Positions 37,631-51,300 of a DNA stretch of 64,000 nt are shown piece by piece. The translations under genes and the position numbers were made by a program. The notes under the pieces are model-generated. The model made no database searches. It was not told where the DNA came from and worked only from the letters and a program-made list of their open reading frames with translations. The stretch comes from Thalia democratica. Lineage: Eukaryota. Each line of letters begins with the position of its first letter. Position 1 is the stretch's first letter. Location: assembly GCA_965202585.1 (NCBI GenBank), contig OZ241832.1, forward strand, positions 16,678,001 through 16,742,000, written 5' to 3'.

Positions 37631-40247
37631 ATGAGTAAAAGTGGATCAAAGTTTAATCAGTTTTCTTCAACTGTTAGTTCACCTACCAGCATTTCAACAA
37701 AAAGTCAATCTAAATTGCTGAATAAATATATTTTGAAAAATAATGCTAAAGGTTTAGAATTTGTGAAAACATGCAAAGAAATAGTATCGTCTCATATTGG
37801 TTTTGAAAAAACAGGTAGGTTTTCTCAACCTTCTTCTTGTTTAATAATGTACCTGTAAGTCTGAGGTACAGTACTGACGTTTGTTTTTAAATTAAGTAAA
37901 CTTTAACTCTTAATAAAAACACAGTTCTTTTTTGTGCTTGAACCAAGTAATTCTCTAAAGTATTTTTATTTACTCTCAAAAAAGTTATATCAGAACAATA
38001 TTATATTGAGCAACCATAAGCAATTCGAAAATGTGTTAAAATATTTTATATAGATTCTCTTGACTACTACCTGAAAGAATTTGTGAAAACATGCAAAGAC
38101 ATAGTATTGTCTCGTTTTGGTTTTGGAAAATTAGGTAAGTTCTCTTAACTTTCTATTTGTTTGATAATTTACCTGTAACTATGAGGTACAGTACTGACGT
38201 TTTTTTTTGTTAATAAGTACGCTTTAACTCTTAATAAAAACGCAGTACTTTTATGTGCTCTAACCAAGTGTTTTTCTAAAATATTTGTTTTACTCTAATA
38301 AAAATTATATTAAAACAATATTACTTTGAGCAACCATAAGCAATTTAAAAATGTGTCAATTCTTTGAGATTTTCTTAACTACAAATAATAAAAGAAATAA
38401 ATCTTGATGTTTGACTTAACATGAGCGTATAATATATAGTATAGAAATAAAACTTAGACTATCACTTAAAAATCTAAATAAAAAACACAATTTTGCGGTA
38501 GTTTCGGGTTTGAATTTAAAAAATCGGATATTTTACAAAACTAGCTTTTTTTTTTTTGGTTATGTTTTTGTTGAGTATACCTTTTAAATTTGGTTTAAAG
38601 TGCTCAATGATATAAAACACAAGCACCTTTATAATAAGTTAGTCAATAAAGAAATTACAACTGAAACGACAGTAAAACAGTGTTTTTTATATTTGTAACT
38701 ATTTTTGCAATAAGTAATCTTAATGATAATTATAATTTTTAAATACCTTATAAAGTACTTTTAAGCAATATACTTAATAAAATAAGAAATAAAAAACTGT
38801 AAAGACTTTATTTTGTTAATTTAATTTGACAATTTTTTTAATTTCTCTAATGGTATTTGTGAAGTATAGGACATTAACAATATTTTAACTTTATTAACTT
38901 GTGCAACAGAAAACGAAAATGCAAAGAAGTACAAATCTTTTAAGCAAATGAAAAAAGCAAATATTATATTGGATGAACTTAAAAAAGAACATTTTTGCAA
39001 GTTAATGCAATCTGAAATTGATGTAAATAACTTCTTCGTATATTATAGTTGCTCAAGGATTTTTAATCTTAAAAGCTTGTCTGATAGTTCTCTTTTATTT
39101 CTTGAGCGTTCTTTTCCATTAGTTGCAGCATCTAAAAGTTTTGTTGAACTAGATAACAAATATCTTATACATTTGTTTTCGAGCAGCAAGTTAGCTGTAG
39201 ATTCAGATCTACAACTTTTCAATGCAGCTTACAGTTGGTTAAACTATAAAAAAGCCGAACGCAGCAAATACGCAAAGTTTATTTTGTCAAGGTACTGTCA
39301 ACTTATAGATCTATCGCCGACAGTTACTTATATTTTAGATAAAAATTCCCACTTTGTAGTCCGTGACGAAACTTATAAGTTGATGAATGAATACTTAAAT
39401 GACCAAAAAGTTTTCAGTACGAACGATGACAAAGCTAAAACACTATCAAATATTACAAATCATATGAAACAAATGAAAGGTGGTAAACAGGCCTCAAAAT
39501 CAGTTTGTATAAATAACGAAGTTTACGTATGCGATGATGAGGGTGTCTCAAAATACTCAACTGCTGATAAAGCCTGGCAAAGAGTGTCTGTTCACGACGG
39601 TCTTTATCATAACATTGGTTCGAGTCAAAATTTTTGTGTATGTGCTTTCAACCAAAGCATTTATATCATAGGAACCCAACGGGGAAGCGAATGTTTAAAA
39701 TTTAATACAAAAAACCAAGCGATGATCAAAATTTCCACTACAAAAGAAGTAAGAATTTCAGCTGCTTGCTCGGTATTTCAAGGGAAAATAGTTGTTTCAG
39801 GTGGATATGATAAAATTTTAAGAAGTGTTGAAGGCTCAGGTTGGTGTTATGAACGGGAAAATCTGAAGACTGTGGAAACATATGATCATGCGGCAGACTC
39901 ATGGTCAAGAATGCCAAACATGGTTAAATCAAGACATCATCACAAATCAGTAGCAATAAGGAACAAGCTGTTCGTGATTGGAGGCGTTGACTCACCAAGT
40001 TGCGAAGTGCTTGATTCAGATTGTAAAAAATTTGTTTTGTTAAGAAAGGTGCCTAGATTATTTAAAATTTGTCTTTATTTTTCCCGAAGAAGTCAATGTA
40101 ATGGGAAGTAAGATTGTTGTGTTTAGTTGTAAGAACGGAGTTCTGTTTTACGACACTGTCAATGGAGTGTGGTCAAAGAAACCTAGCTATAAAAAAGAAG
40201 ACAATTCACTGATCTTTTTTTCTACAATACCTTTAACAGTGAGATAA
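37631..40247 (+). CDS. BACK-Kelch protein without a recognisable BTB domain; exons 37631-37814, 38054-38134 (symmetric), 38910-40247; 1-nt frameshift in a T-run at about 40078-40082
   Basis: Phase-1 donors ACAG|GTAGGT and TTAG|GTAAGT, phase-1 acceptors atatag|AT and caacag|AA. ORF 38948-40111 has BACK-like (SSSKLAVDSDLQLFNAAYSWL) and Kelch motifs. Removing one T continues YFPEEVNVMGSKIVVF...YDTVNGVWS...TVR* to 40247. Confidence 0.75.
37756..38375. repeat. Tandem duplication with a period of about 320 bp spanning an exon end and intron start
   Basis: agaatttgtgaaaacatgcaaaga...gaggtacagtactgacgttt...gagcaaccataagcaatt occurs at 37756 and 38076. Confidence 0.9.
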
Positions 40248-43009
40248 GAAAATTTCTAAGAAATTTTATTAGAACTACTAACACTTATTAAATACAATAA
40301 CAGATTCTGTGCCAACTAAATACTGAATATTTGATAAACACTTGTTTCTTTTGGATTTAGATGACACGCTTTAGTAGTTTGCAATTTTTTTGGAGGACAG
40401 ATAACTATCCTGATTAATTTAGTAACTGTTATATTTTGTGTTATATGTAGTATTGAGAGTATCTTTTTAAGTCATAGCTCCGTTAAAGTGTAATAAAGAA
40501 AGAATACTGTTTAGTTTGTTGTTATTACTATTATATTTTCCATTTAACTTGTTTCGGTTTGGTCTTTATTCGCTCAAATTTATATTTTTAAACAGTTACA
40601 TTTTTGTATTAGTGTTATGAATAAATGTTTTAAATATTTAATTTATAAGAATATTTTAGTATTTAGAATTAAATTACAAAACAGTAAAAACAAAAAAAAA
40701 TTATAAATGATTTTTTTTTATCATTGTCATTGCATATAGAAAGTTTCTAATTCTTTTATTTTCCAAAGAAATGTACCTAAAAAATTAAAACAATACTAAA
40801 ATTATTGTCTAAACTAGGCTTTTTTTATTCGATTATGATACGTAAAGAAAACATTTATAGTTATAGCCTATATCATATGATATTTGTTTTAAAACCAGAA
40901 AAAGCTTTAAAAAAACCTAATTTCACTTGGTTCTTGCTAAATTTTAATTAAAATGTTTAACTTATTTTAATTTATATAGTTATGTTTATACTTTATACTT
41001 TGTAGTAACACTTTTTTGCTTGTAAAATTTTTACCTAAAGCAGCAAACACATTGAAATAGTGTGCAACAAGTCAAAAGTGCTTAACGTGTAGTTTAAACA
41101 AAAGTTTTTATTTTATCATTAAATAAATGTAATACTTTCCTATTATTCTTTATGCAGTCTTTTCAAATTTTTTAGAGTTAGTAAACAAGTTTTTTAACTT
41201 ATTATTCTATGTTAAAATTTATAAATTTAAATTGTTCAAAAAAATTCATACATTTTTCAATCTTACTCATACCGAGATTTAAAACCTTTTAAATGTGAAT
41301 TTTGTAAATTTCTCTTCGTATAGTTTTCACAACACAAGTTTGTTATTTTATCTATAAATTTAGAACATTGAACCTACACATACATATGTGTATAATTAGG
41401 TATAATTTATTTAAGTAATCTTAATTTATCCCCCTTGGAAAGGCTTTTAAATAAGTGACTTAATATAAAATTAAAATATAGAGTAGAACAAATGTTTCGT
41501 GTAACTTAGTACTAAAATCATTAAATATTTTAAATTTAAATAATATTTTTTTAACGTACAATACAGAAAAAAAAAGCCAAAAATTAATTTCGACATAATT
41601 TTAATTTTTTTTTACAAAAAACTAGTGTTAAACTGTAACCACCTAAAAGTAAGAACTAAAAATTACAAAATCTTTATATAAGTGACAATAAAAAGTAATT
41701 TTTAATTTTTTTGACTTTTAAAAGAATTACTAATAGTTGGGTAAGATACAAATTCGCCGATTTTGTTTAAGTAACACTTTTATATTTTACGCATATATAG
41801 CGGCAGAAGTTTCTTATAAGTATAGTAAATACACACCGGGCCATTGTTATTACCTCGGAAGTCGTTTTAAAGTCAAAACTTTTGATTCTTGATTACAAAC
41901 ATACTTCGAAGGCTTAGTCTCATTTTTATATAAACAATCTTCAAAGTTTTATGAAGTTAGCATATCGGAATCTAACCTGATTTGAACACCCGAAAGCTTT
42001 TTTGAAGTTTGAGTTAACTTTTGCTTGGTAAATAATGTTCACCTAACAGCAATTGCCAATTCCAAGTTATACTTGCAGCTACCACTGCAACTACTTTAAA
42101 CTCGACTTTGATTGTTATTAATGCAAGTTTATGGTCTTCACTAAGAACATAAAATCAAGTCACTTCAACTGAAAGACACATAAAAAGCATAAGAAATATA
42201 AATAATTTACATTTACATCTTTTTTATTATATGTAATACATACTTTCTGACCATGCATTTTAGTTAATATTTTTCTAAAAGCCCTACATGAGTATTTGGT
42301 TTGGATATTTTGCCTGTTTAATTGTATTACTATCAAACAGTTTATATAAACATGCTTTTTAGTAAGTTTTCAGTCTCTAAACTAATATTTTTTGAAGTAA
42401 ATTGCTAAATTTGAAATTATCACAAAATATCTTCCGCATTTTTATTTTTTTTGTTAGTTTGAGCTTTTTGTTCAGTGTAAAAAAATTTTTTTTTCAAAGT
42501 TAGTACTATCCAACAAGTAGAGTTCCTAAAAATTTAAATACAATTATAAATAACAATTTAAAACAGAGGTTTAATAAATATATAATATTTTAAAACAATT
42601 TAAATATTTTTTTATTTTTAAATTTGAAACAATAAAAACTTATAACCGGAAAAATTTTATGTTAAATGACTTTAAGATCAGTTTTATTGACTATGTAATA
42701 ACATCAGTATTCAATAAACTTTTTGTAAATTTTTATATAACCACCTTTCTTTGTTAGTAAACTTTATATTTAAGAGAAAACTGTGTTTTTAAAACTAATA
42801 GAAATCTTTTTTTTGTACAGTTTTTTATTATTATTAATTTAAAATTATAAAAGAATTAACATATTTTTTTTTTATTAATTTAATAATCATGCTGATATTT
42901 AAAATATTTAAATAGTTTTATTAAAATTGTAAAAAGAAATAATTTTAACATAATTTATATATTTTTGATGTCAATAACCTAATTTTTATCTAAAAAAGTC
43001 TTTTTATAA

Positions 43010-43700
43010 TACACACCAGGTCCGTTTACCAAAACATGTTGCCTTGATTTCTACAGTGTTCGATAATCTTCTGCTATGGTATTCTGTAGCAAAACATATG
43101 AGTACATTTTTTCTGTTAAGCTGCTATAACAGCATGCAATGCTATTTTGCAAGACTAGATTTAAAAGTATGTTTTATAAATAAAGACATTTTTAAAAATA
43201 TAAATTCAGCAAGTTAATAAAAAGGAATGTTTAAGCTTTTGTTTTCATGTTAGATAAAAATATATATTTTTTAATATTTATCTTTGAAGATGGTATGTAA
43301 AGTTTTTTTATAACTTAAAGAAAAGTTTATTGAAATAAAGGTTTGGTTGAAAAAATTATTCAACAGGGTTTCTATGTGTCAGACTAAATCTTTCTTTTTC
43401 AAAATACTGGTAAAATGTTTCTTTATTTGAAATACTCAATATTTGTAAAGTTCTTGAAAGTTTTGGATAATACGCTTTGAAAGTTTTTAAGTAAGTTTTT
43501 AAACATTTGATTAATTAAAAAAAACTTTTACTTGAAATTCGCCAGAATTTTTCAGTAATAATTCTTTAAAGTTTTCTTTACTTCCTGAATAAATTTATAG
43601 ATTAGGTTTTTATAGATAATTGAGCATGAAATTCTTTCAAATTAGTGTTTATTTGCAAAATATCAGTTACCAAAAGTTACTCTGCTTTTTGAATCAATAA
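43010..43700 (-). mobile_element. Decayed LINE reverse-transcriptase remnant (CR1/L2-like)
   Basis: Minus-strand fragments NILPVF*..., KIALHAV and EKMYSYVLLQNTIAEDYRTL*KSRQHVLVNG resemble the IIPVFKK / KAFDxV / KLYxYGIxGxxLxWIxxFLxxRxQxVxING stretch of non-LTR RTs; multiple stops and frameshifts. Confidence 0.5.
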
Positions 43701-45386
43701 ACACTTTCCTTCTGTTTGTGTTTCCATTTTTTGAATCGAAATGTTGGGATTAGTTTGGTATAACTTTTTACAAGTTTTAAAAAAATGTCTGTAGCTGTTA
43801 CATGACAATTTAACTTCTGAAAACTCAAATTCTTATGATGACAATTTGCAGTGAATAAAATTGGAATCTTTGTTTCAAAAAGTTTATAAAAACTTGTTAG
43901 ATTTTGATTAAGCTGTTTAATATTAATTATTGTACATAAAAATTCAATGTTAGCAAAGTAATTTAATAACATTTTTGTCTTTTTGAAAGAGCTACACTAG
44001 TAAAATAGCTGTTTTGAAATTTTCAATCAATATGCTCATTTGCAGATCCCAGAGATAATTTGTACAGTTAGATTTTGTTCAAGTAGTTTTTAGAATTTTT
44101 AAAAGTATTTAGGTCGTAGGGAAATTCTAACTACTTTTGTAAAAAATTTTTTCCACAGAACTTTTATATGTAATTTAGATATCACTAATGTAGTTTTAAG
44201 TTATTGCCTTTGTTAAAAAGCTGTAATATTTAAAAATTATTGAAAGTTTTTGATTATTATATTTATCATATTTAAGTGAATTCCTTTCCAAATTACAAAG
44301 ATAATAGATAATGTTTAATTATAGTATTAAGTTGAAGTTATTTTTAGATTTTTTTAAACATTAAAGCTATGAGGGGGAGTAGAATTTTTTTCTGCAAAAA
44401 TTTGAATCTGTTGTCATTTGAAATCTCAAATTATTTACTTAGTTCTTTTTTTAAATACACTCTTAGATAACTTATGTGAGCAATCAGTTTAATAAAATTT
44501 TAAAATAGTTTTTTCATTTAGATTTTTCACAGTTTAAGTTGACTAAATTCACTCTAATTCATTCTATTAATTCTTAGGTGATTGACCTAAACTTTTCTGG
44601 TGAAGTTCCTTACTTTAAAAAAAAACTTGTTGTGAAAAACAAAAAAAATTATGACCATTTACTATTAAAGAAAAAATAACTGTTTTTAATTGAACTAAAA
44701 TCACAAAAAAAAAAAATGTTTGTTATTAAGTTAAGAACAGCTTGAAAAAGTATAAGAATGAATTGTTGAAAAATATATAAAAAGGAATCAAAGATTTATT
44801 AAAGAGTGTCAATTATTACTACTTTTAGCTAGGTCCTTAATAACAAACTTATTAGTCTCTCACCTTGTATACTAACAGTTCAAAACCTTATTTGAATTTC
44901 ATAAAACAGTAAAAAAAGAAACAATTGCTAGTCTCACTAAAGATATTTAAAGTAAGACTAACTCGTAATAAATAGTGCTTTACCCCATATAGACTTTACT
45001 GTAATGAAAACTATAACTCATAACTTATTAGCTACATATTAAGTCTAACTTTTGCTTTATGACTTATTATTACTATAAATTAACTAAATGTTAAAAAATT
45101 TACTTATGCTCATCTATAAATATATTTACTAAATTTTGGAGCATGTAGCAACTAAGCATAAATAATTCATTTGTAAATAAGCTTAATTTGTTTTATAATT
45201 TAAAAAAAAAATATTTTACTAAGATTAAATATGTCACAACAAACATTTATTGTAGTATAAAAAGCTGTCTTTTTCTTTTGAAATATATTTACACTATACA
45301 ATTCTTTTTACTACATTCATTTAAAGGTATATCTTATAGTTTTCTAGATATTTTTCATTAGTAAAGTTAGAAAAAACAACAAAAGA

Positions 45387-48300
45387 ATGTCAAGCAGTGT
45401 ATTGATAGAACCAACAACTTTGTTTAATATAATCAACCAGGAAAATGTATACCCAAATATCAGTGACCCAAATTATTTGTTGTTAGTTGGTATGTTCTTG
45501 TTTACTTACTATATTAGCCAGACTGTACATACTTGTATATGATTGTTTTATTACACTATCCATTTGAATAATCATATGCAAAAGTAAATAATTTATATTC
45601 AATCCATATATATTTAAAAACTTAGTTAAACAGTTATTTGCATGCAAATATTCCCTTAGTAAACTATATTAAGCATAAATAAACACTTATGTTTTACAAT
45701 GCTTTTTGAGTTAACATACAGAGGCCAAGAGTTATTACACAAGTTGATATAAATTAAGTTCTATTTGTAAAAATATTTTTTACTTTTTCAGAAACAAATT
45801 CTCAATCCATAAACTTACTGAACTATAAATATACTTTTTTATACATAAACCCTGAAAGCAAAATTACTCTATAATTGTCTCACATCGAGCCAGTATTGAA
45901 TCATCTAATGGTCTAAATTTATTTCCATAAAATTTTTTTATCATTTTTGTTGCACTTCTGTCACTTGGATACATTTTTTTACAACTGTTTATTATAAATA
46001 AACTATCATAAAAATAAGTTTATAATTTTAGACACCTAAACATATATAGTAAATTTGTCACAATTAGATTTATATATTTTATTTATTTTATGTTTAAATC
46101 TGAATTTACCTCATACAGTCATTTTATTTTATACATATATGAATTTAATCCATAAGCCAAACAAATTCTCAACAGATCTCAAACCAATTGCTTACATAGA
46201 TTTATTACTATAAATCACTTTTCCAAACATTTTCAATTTAAAGGGTTTTAAATTTTTTTATTGTTATTAATTCTATACAAAGTTTTATTCCATATGTCAA
46301 GTTCATTGCAACTTTGTATTTACGTGCACATATTTCTTACTATTTAATTATAAACATCTTTATGATGATTTTTCAACTTCTTGTATATATCCATCATGAA
46401 ATAAAAGCAAAAAGTAAATGAGTAATCAAAATTCATATGTTCTTAGGTGTAAATGGTACATGAATGTTTCTTAATGCTTTTACACCAAAGAACAATATAT
46501 ATATATATATATAATCAAAAGTTTAAAAATTTAAATCATCAGATTTGCAGACTAACTTTTCAACTACTTGCTATAAACTAACATAGAAAAATTGAGTTAT
46601 AAGCGTTTTATCTTACTAACAGGTTAAAGAAGAATAATTAAAAAATAAATTGGCCTTTCAATAATTTTGCATCCTCATTTTTTTGCAAATTAACTCTAGT
46701 GTATGTATAGTAAATAAATAATTATTCCAACACTTAACAGACATACTATGAATTATGATCTATGTAAATAGGGTTTTAACTAATACATCTTTTTTTTTTT
46801 GTTTAAATCCTGTATCTATATGTTGTATGATGTATGAATATAGCAGGTTCGCCAAAAAACCTGTAACCCTGGAAAAAACCTGGAATTTGACAATTTAGGC
46901 TTGAAAAACCTGGAGTTGGAAATATTAAAAAATTAAACAGGAATTTCGATCTAAAATCACAAAAAAAAAATTGAAAAAAAAGTCACTAGAAAGTCTAAAA
47001 AAACTTGAATTTTGAACTTAAAATGGACCCTAAAACATTTAATTTTAAAAACATTAAAGAAATTTAAAAAACCTAGAGAAAATTCGCCAAGAACATCTGG
47101 CAACCCTAATATAGGGTTTTAACAAATACAAATTGTTATTTGTTAAAATTATATATTCATATGTCATAATACTTTTAATTTTTTTCAAAGCAGTCTACTC
47201 ACTAAATATTTTTCAAATTTGTTTATCATTTAAAAAATAAACTTTGTTAGTTTGGAAAACGTTTGTGAGATAAAAATGAAAATTGAATGAGTAACCTAAA
47301 TTTATTCATCAAAGTTGAAAATAATTATAAATGGATTATTATGTATGTACATGGTTTAAATCATTTAAACAGTTTATTTGTTTTAATTCTATATTCATAT
47401 GTCATAACACTTTTAGTTTATTTTTAAACTGTCTACTTTTAAACATTTTTCAAATTCACTTGTTAACTAAAAAATTAACTTTGTTACTTCTGAAAACGTT
47501 TGTGAAATAAAAATAATAAGTGAATGAGTAAACTTAGTTTATATATTCTTAGGTGCAAACGGTATATAAATACTACTTGAAACTTTTATACACTTTATGT
47601 ATAATATGTCATGTTCAATACAATTTTAATGACTACTTACATACTTTGATTTACTTACATGTATTAACTCCTATCTAATTATAAACATTTATATACATAT
47701 TTTTCAACGTCTTGTATCCACAGACGCGCGCACAGATGTTGAATACGATGAAGGACACATTGTTCTTGCCAGGAGATCGAGAAGAACAGATCTCGGTCAC
47801 TTCTTCATCCCTTATGATTCACAACTTGACTGCAAGACCCACGTGGTTGTCTATGATGGAAACTGCAAATCAACACAATGTGAAACTGGTATGTTGGTTT
47901 CTTCTTCTTTTATTCTTTTTTATGAATTTTAAAAATTCTCAGGATAACTCAGGCTAGCACAAGCTAGTTTAAAATCAAAATAAAACTCAGGGTGAGTCAG
48001 GCCAGTTTATTTTTGTAAAAACTAAGGATATTTTAAAAATGGTAATACCTCAGTCCAGTTTTTTACATGATCTTGAATGTGATGTAGTTATTCTGGCTTT
48101 AATATTTTGATATTTTATAACCATTTTTGTTTGGAAACTAGATTTTTGTTGATTTTTTAATGTTTATTTATTTACTTTAATTTTTTTATTAAAAATACTT
48201 TTATGTTGTCAATTTACTTCGGTGCTTCACCAGTGTGTAACTGGTTTATTGGTTATTTGTTTTTGTTTCAACTGAAGAGTTATAGAGTTTTTATTGAATT

Positions 48301-51300
48301 TAAAAAGGTTTTTTGTTCTTATGCTAGTAATTTGTAATTGTGTATATGTTTTTCTTTTCCTTTCAGAAAAATTAAAACTGCAAATTAGATCAGTTTGAAA
48401 TTGATCTCTTGATTGCTTTAATCTTATTACCTGCTTAAAATTAATACTTCGATTACTTACATGATTGACTTTAAACAAACTACAATGGACTTTAAAAACA
48501 CACACTATTATATTTGTGAATGGACTAAACTATAAGCTGTTTATTTATAGTTATTTAAGAAACTTACTTTATTTAAGTTATGATAGTATCTAAAAATAAA
48601 AAAATCAACTCAACTTGAAAATAATTGGTTACATTGTTTTATTTTTGATAGTGTTTCTTTTTAGGTAATTTGAAGTTAATGATTTTAGTTTTATCTATCA
48701 CTATGATATAGTAATGAAAATGCAAAATAAATCCATCAGAATTTGTCTTTAAAATGAAATACATATTTCAATTACTCATTGTTTTGAAATGGATGCTTTT
48801 AATTTCATACCTTTTTAAAAACATTGTTATAATATTTTACTTTGAATTGTTAAAAAAGAATCATCGTTTCTTATGACAAGTATAAAACGTTGTTTTTTTT
48901 TTGTAATGTATATAACTAAATGAAAGCACAGTTAAAACTACTCTAAAACAAATTTACAATTGTCAACAGATCCAGCGTATGTGTTAGCAAATTTATTTGC
49001 TGAAGAGGGTAGTAAAAATCCAGTGAAAATATTAAGAGGAGGATACGAGCATTTCTCTGCTCTCTACCCATTTCTCAGAACGCAAAAAATTATCTACATG
49101 CCAAGAGTTTGTTGTTTGAATTTTATATCATTTTAGCAGTGCACATAAAAGTTAATCTGTTCAAAATAAGAACAAATATTATTCTATTCCAAAAGGTGTT
49201 TTAGAATAATAAAAACAAAACATATTAGAATTTTTTCTTGCATTCAATTAGAGTATATTACCCTTTTAAGTTTTAAAACTATATGTTGTTCTACTTGATC
49301 CAAATGTCTAATCTGGTCAAACTCAATTTAAAAAAAAGTTCAGCTTGATCTGGATCTTTTATAGTAATAAAACCGGATAGGACCTTATTAAAAATTAAAT
49401 CTTGCTGAATCAGTTTTAAATCTATAAATCAAAATTTAGTTAAATCTTATTCCTAGTGGTCAGATCCTGCACTTGTATCCGGTAGAACATTGTAATAAGT
49501 TATATTGATTGTAATATACTTGATGTTTTGCATTTTGCATAATTTATATTAAACTTATAAATCTGGTTTTTGTGCATTTCTCTTTGATAATTACCCAGCT
49601 TTGATTGTATGATTATTTTTTGAGCTTATTAAGTATCAACAAGTTGTTTAAAAAGTGTAACCTGGTTTAAAAAGTTTTAAATTTATATATATTTTCATAC
49701 ACAGGAGTTAGACAAGTTTCAAACGTACCCATGTGAAATAATACAAGGAATGCTTTATGTGGGTTCAAATCAGCATGCTACAAATGATACTATATTCAAA
49801 CATCTAAACATTGATGCTAATCTACATCTTACGACTAATACTGGACTGTATGAGTTAGTTTGTTATTATAATGCTACAAATGATACTATGTTCAAACATC
49901 TAAACATTGATGCTAATCTACATTTTACTTCTAATACTGAACTGTATGAGTTAGTTTGTTATTATAATGCTACAAATGATACTATGTTCAAACATCTAAA
50001 CATTGATGCTAATCTACATTTTACTTCTAATACTGAACTGTATGAGTTAGTTTGTTATTATAATGCTACAAATGATACTATGTTCAAACATCTAAACTTA
50101 GTTGTAGATGTTAATCTACATTTTACTAATAATACTGAACTGTATGAGTTAGTTTGTTATTATAATGCTACAAATGATACTATGTTCAAACATCTAAACA
50201 TTGGTGCTAATCTACATTTTACTTCTAATACTGAACTATATGAGTTAGTTTGTTATTATAATGCTAAAAATGATACTATGTTCAAACATCTAAATTTAGT
50301 TGTAGATGTTAATCTACATTTTACTACTAATACTGAACTATATGAGTTAGTTTGTTATTGAAGTAATACAAATGATACTATTTTCAAACATCCAAATATT
50401 GATACTAATCTACATTTTACTTCTAATACTGAACTGTATGAGTTAGTTTGTTATTTCTTTACTAATAATGCTATATTAAAAATATGAATATTGATGCTAA
50501 TCTACATCCTACAATAAATGTTCAACTTTTTGAGTCAGTTTTTTGTTATGAATTACCATGTTGACTAAAAATATATAAAATTGGTTCAATAATTTTTCAA
50601 CTATATTTAATTTTCTATTTTTTTTTGTTTGCATATGTTGAACAAAAAATTTAAAAAAACTTAGTATTCCAAGCAAGTAGTGTTAGTTTATTTAGTTAAT
50701 ACAACAGATTCCCAAACTTATTTTCTAAATCACCTCGTTTACAAAGTTAATTACCCATTTACTTTTTTTGCGACTTAACTATTTATTGCCTCCTATAGCA
50801 AAAAATTCACTATTAAATTTTGTAGGATACTAATCTGCTTTACACCTTTCAAGGTATATTATTATTTTATTTTGATATCAATCAAGTTTCAATACGCCTT
50901 ATGTGCTTATGTTAACTTAGTTTATAGCAGAGTTTTCCAAAGTTGGCTAAATTACCATGAACAGTAAATGGGCCACTATGAGGCAATAATTTGTAACTTA
51001 CAATTTGATTTTCTCGAGTTTATGATGAAATAAAAAAAAGAAAAAGGTCTTAGGTGTTTTTAATATTTTGAGTAAACTTGTCGGAGGGGTCATAGCTATT
51101 TCAATTTTTTTAAAAGGTCCTTTTGAAAATATGTTTGGGAAACCACGGTTTAGAGTAGGGGTGGGCAACGTACAGCGGGCCGGAAAGTGAAAATGATCAG
51201 TCCCCAACTGTTTTTTAAACTAAAGTGGGGTCCGGCCCGCAAATAAAAATAACCAACCCGCAAGCGAAGTGACAGACCCACGAAAGATCAATATTACAAA

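Noticed and set aside
49750-50361. 203-aa repeat ORF as an independent gene
   Set aside because: It is the in-frame continuation of STYXL1 exon 4 into the intronic minisatellite.
49775-50550. CRISPR-like array
   Set aside because: Units are contiguous near-identical repeats without unique spacers, in a spliced eukaryotic gene.
50826-50853. Possible 28-nt micro-exon in STYXL1 intron 4
   Set aside because: Not a multiple of 3, and exons 4 and 5 already join in phase.
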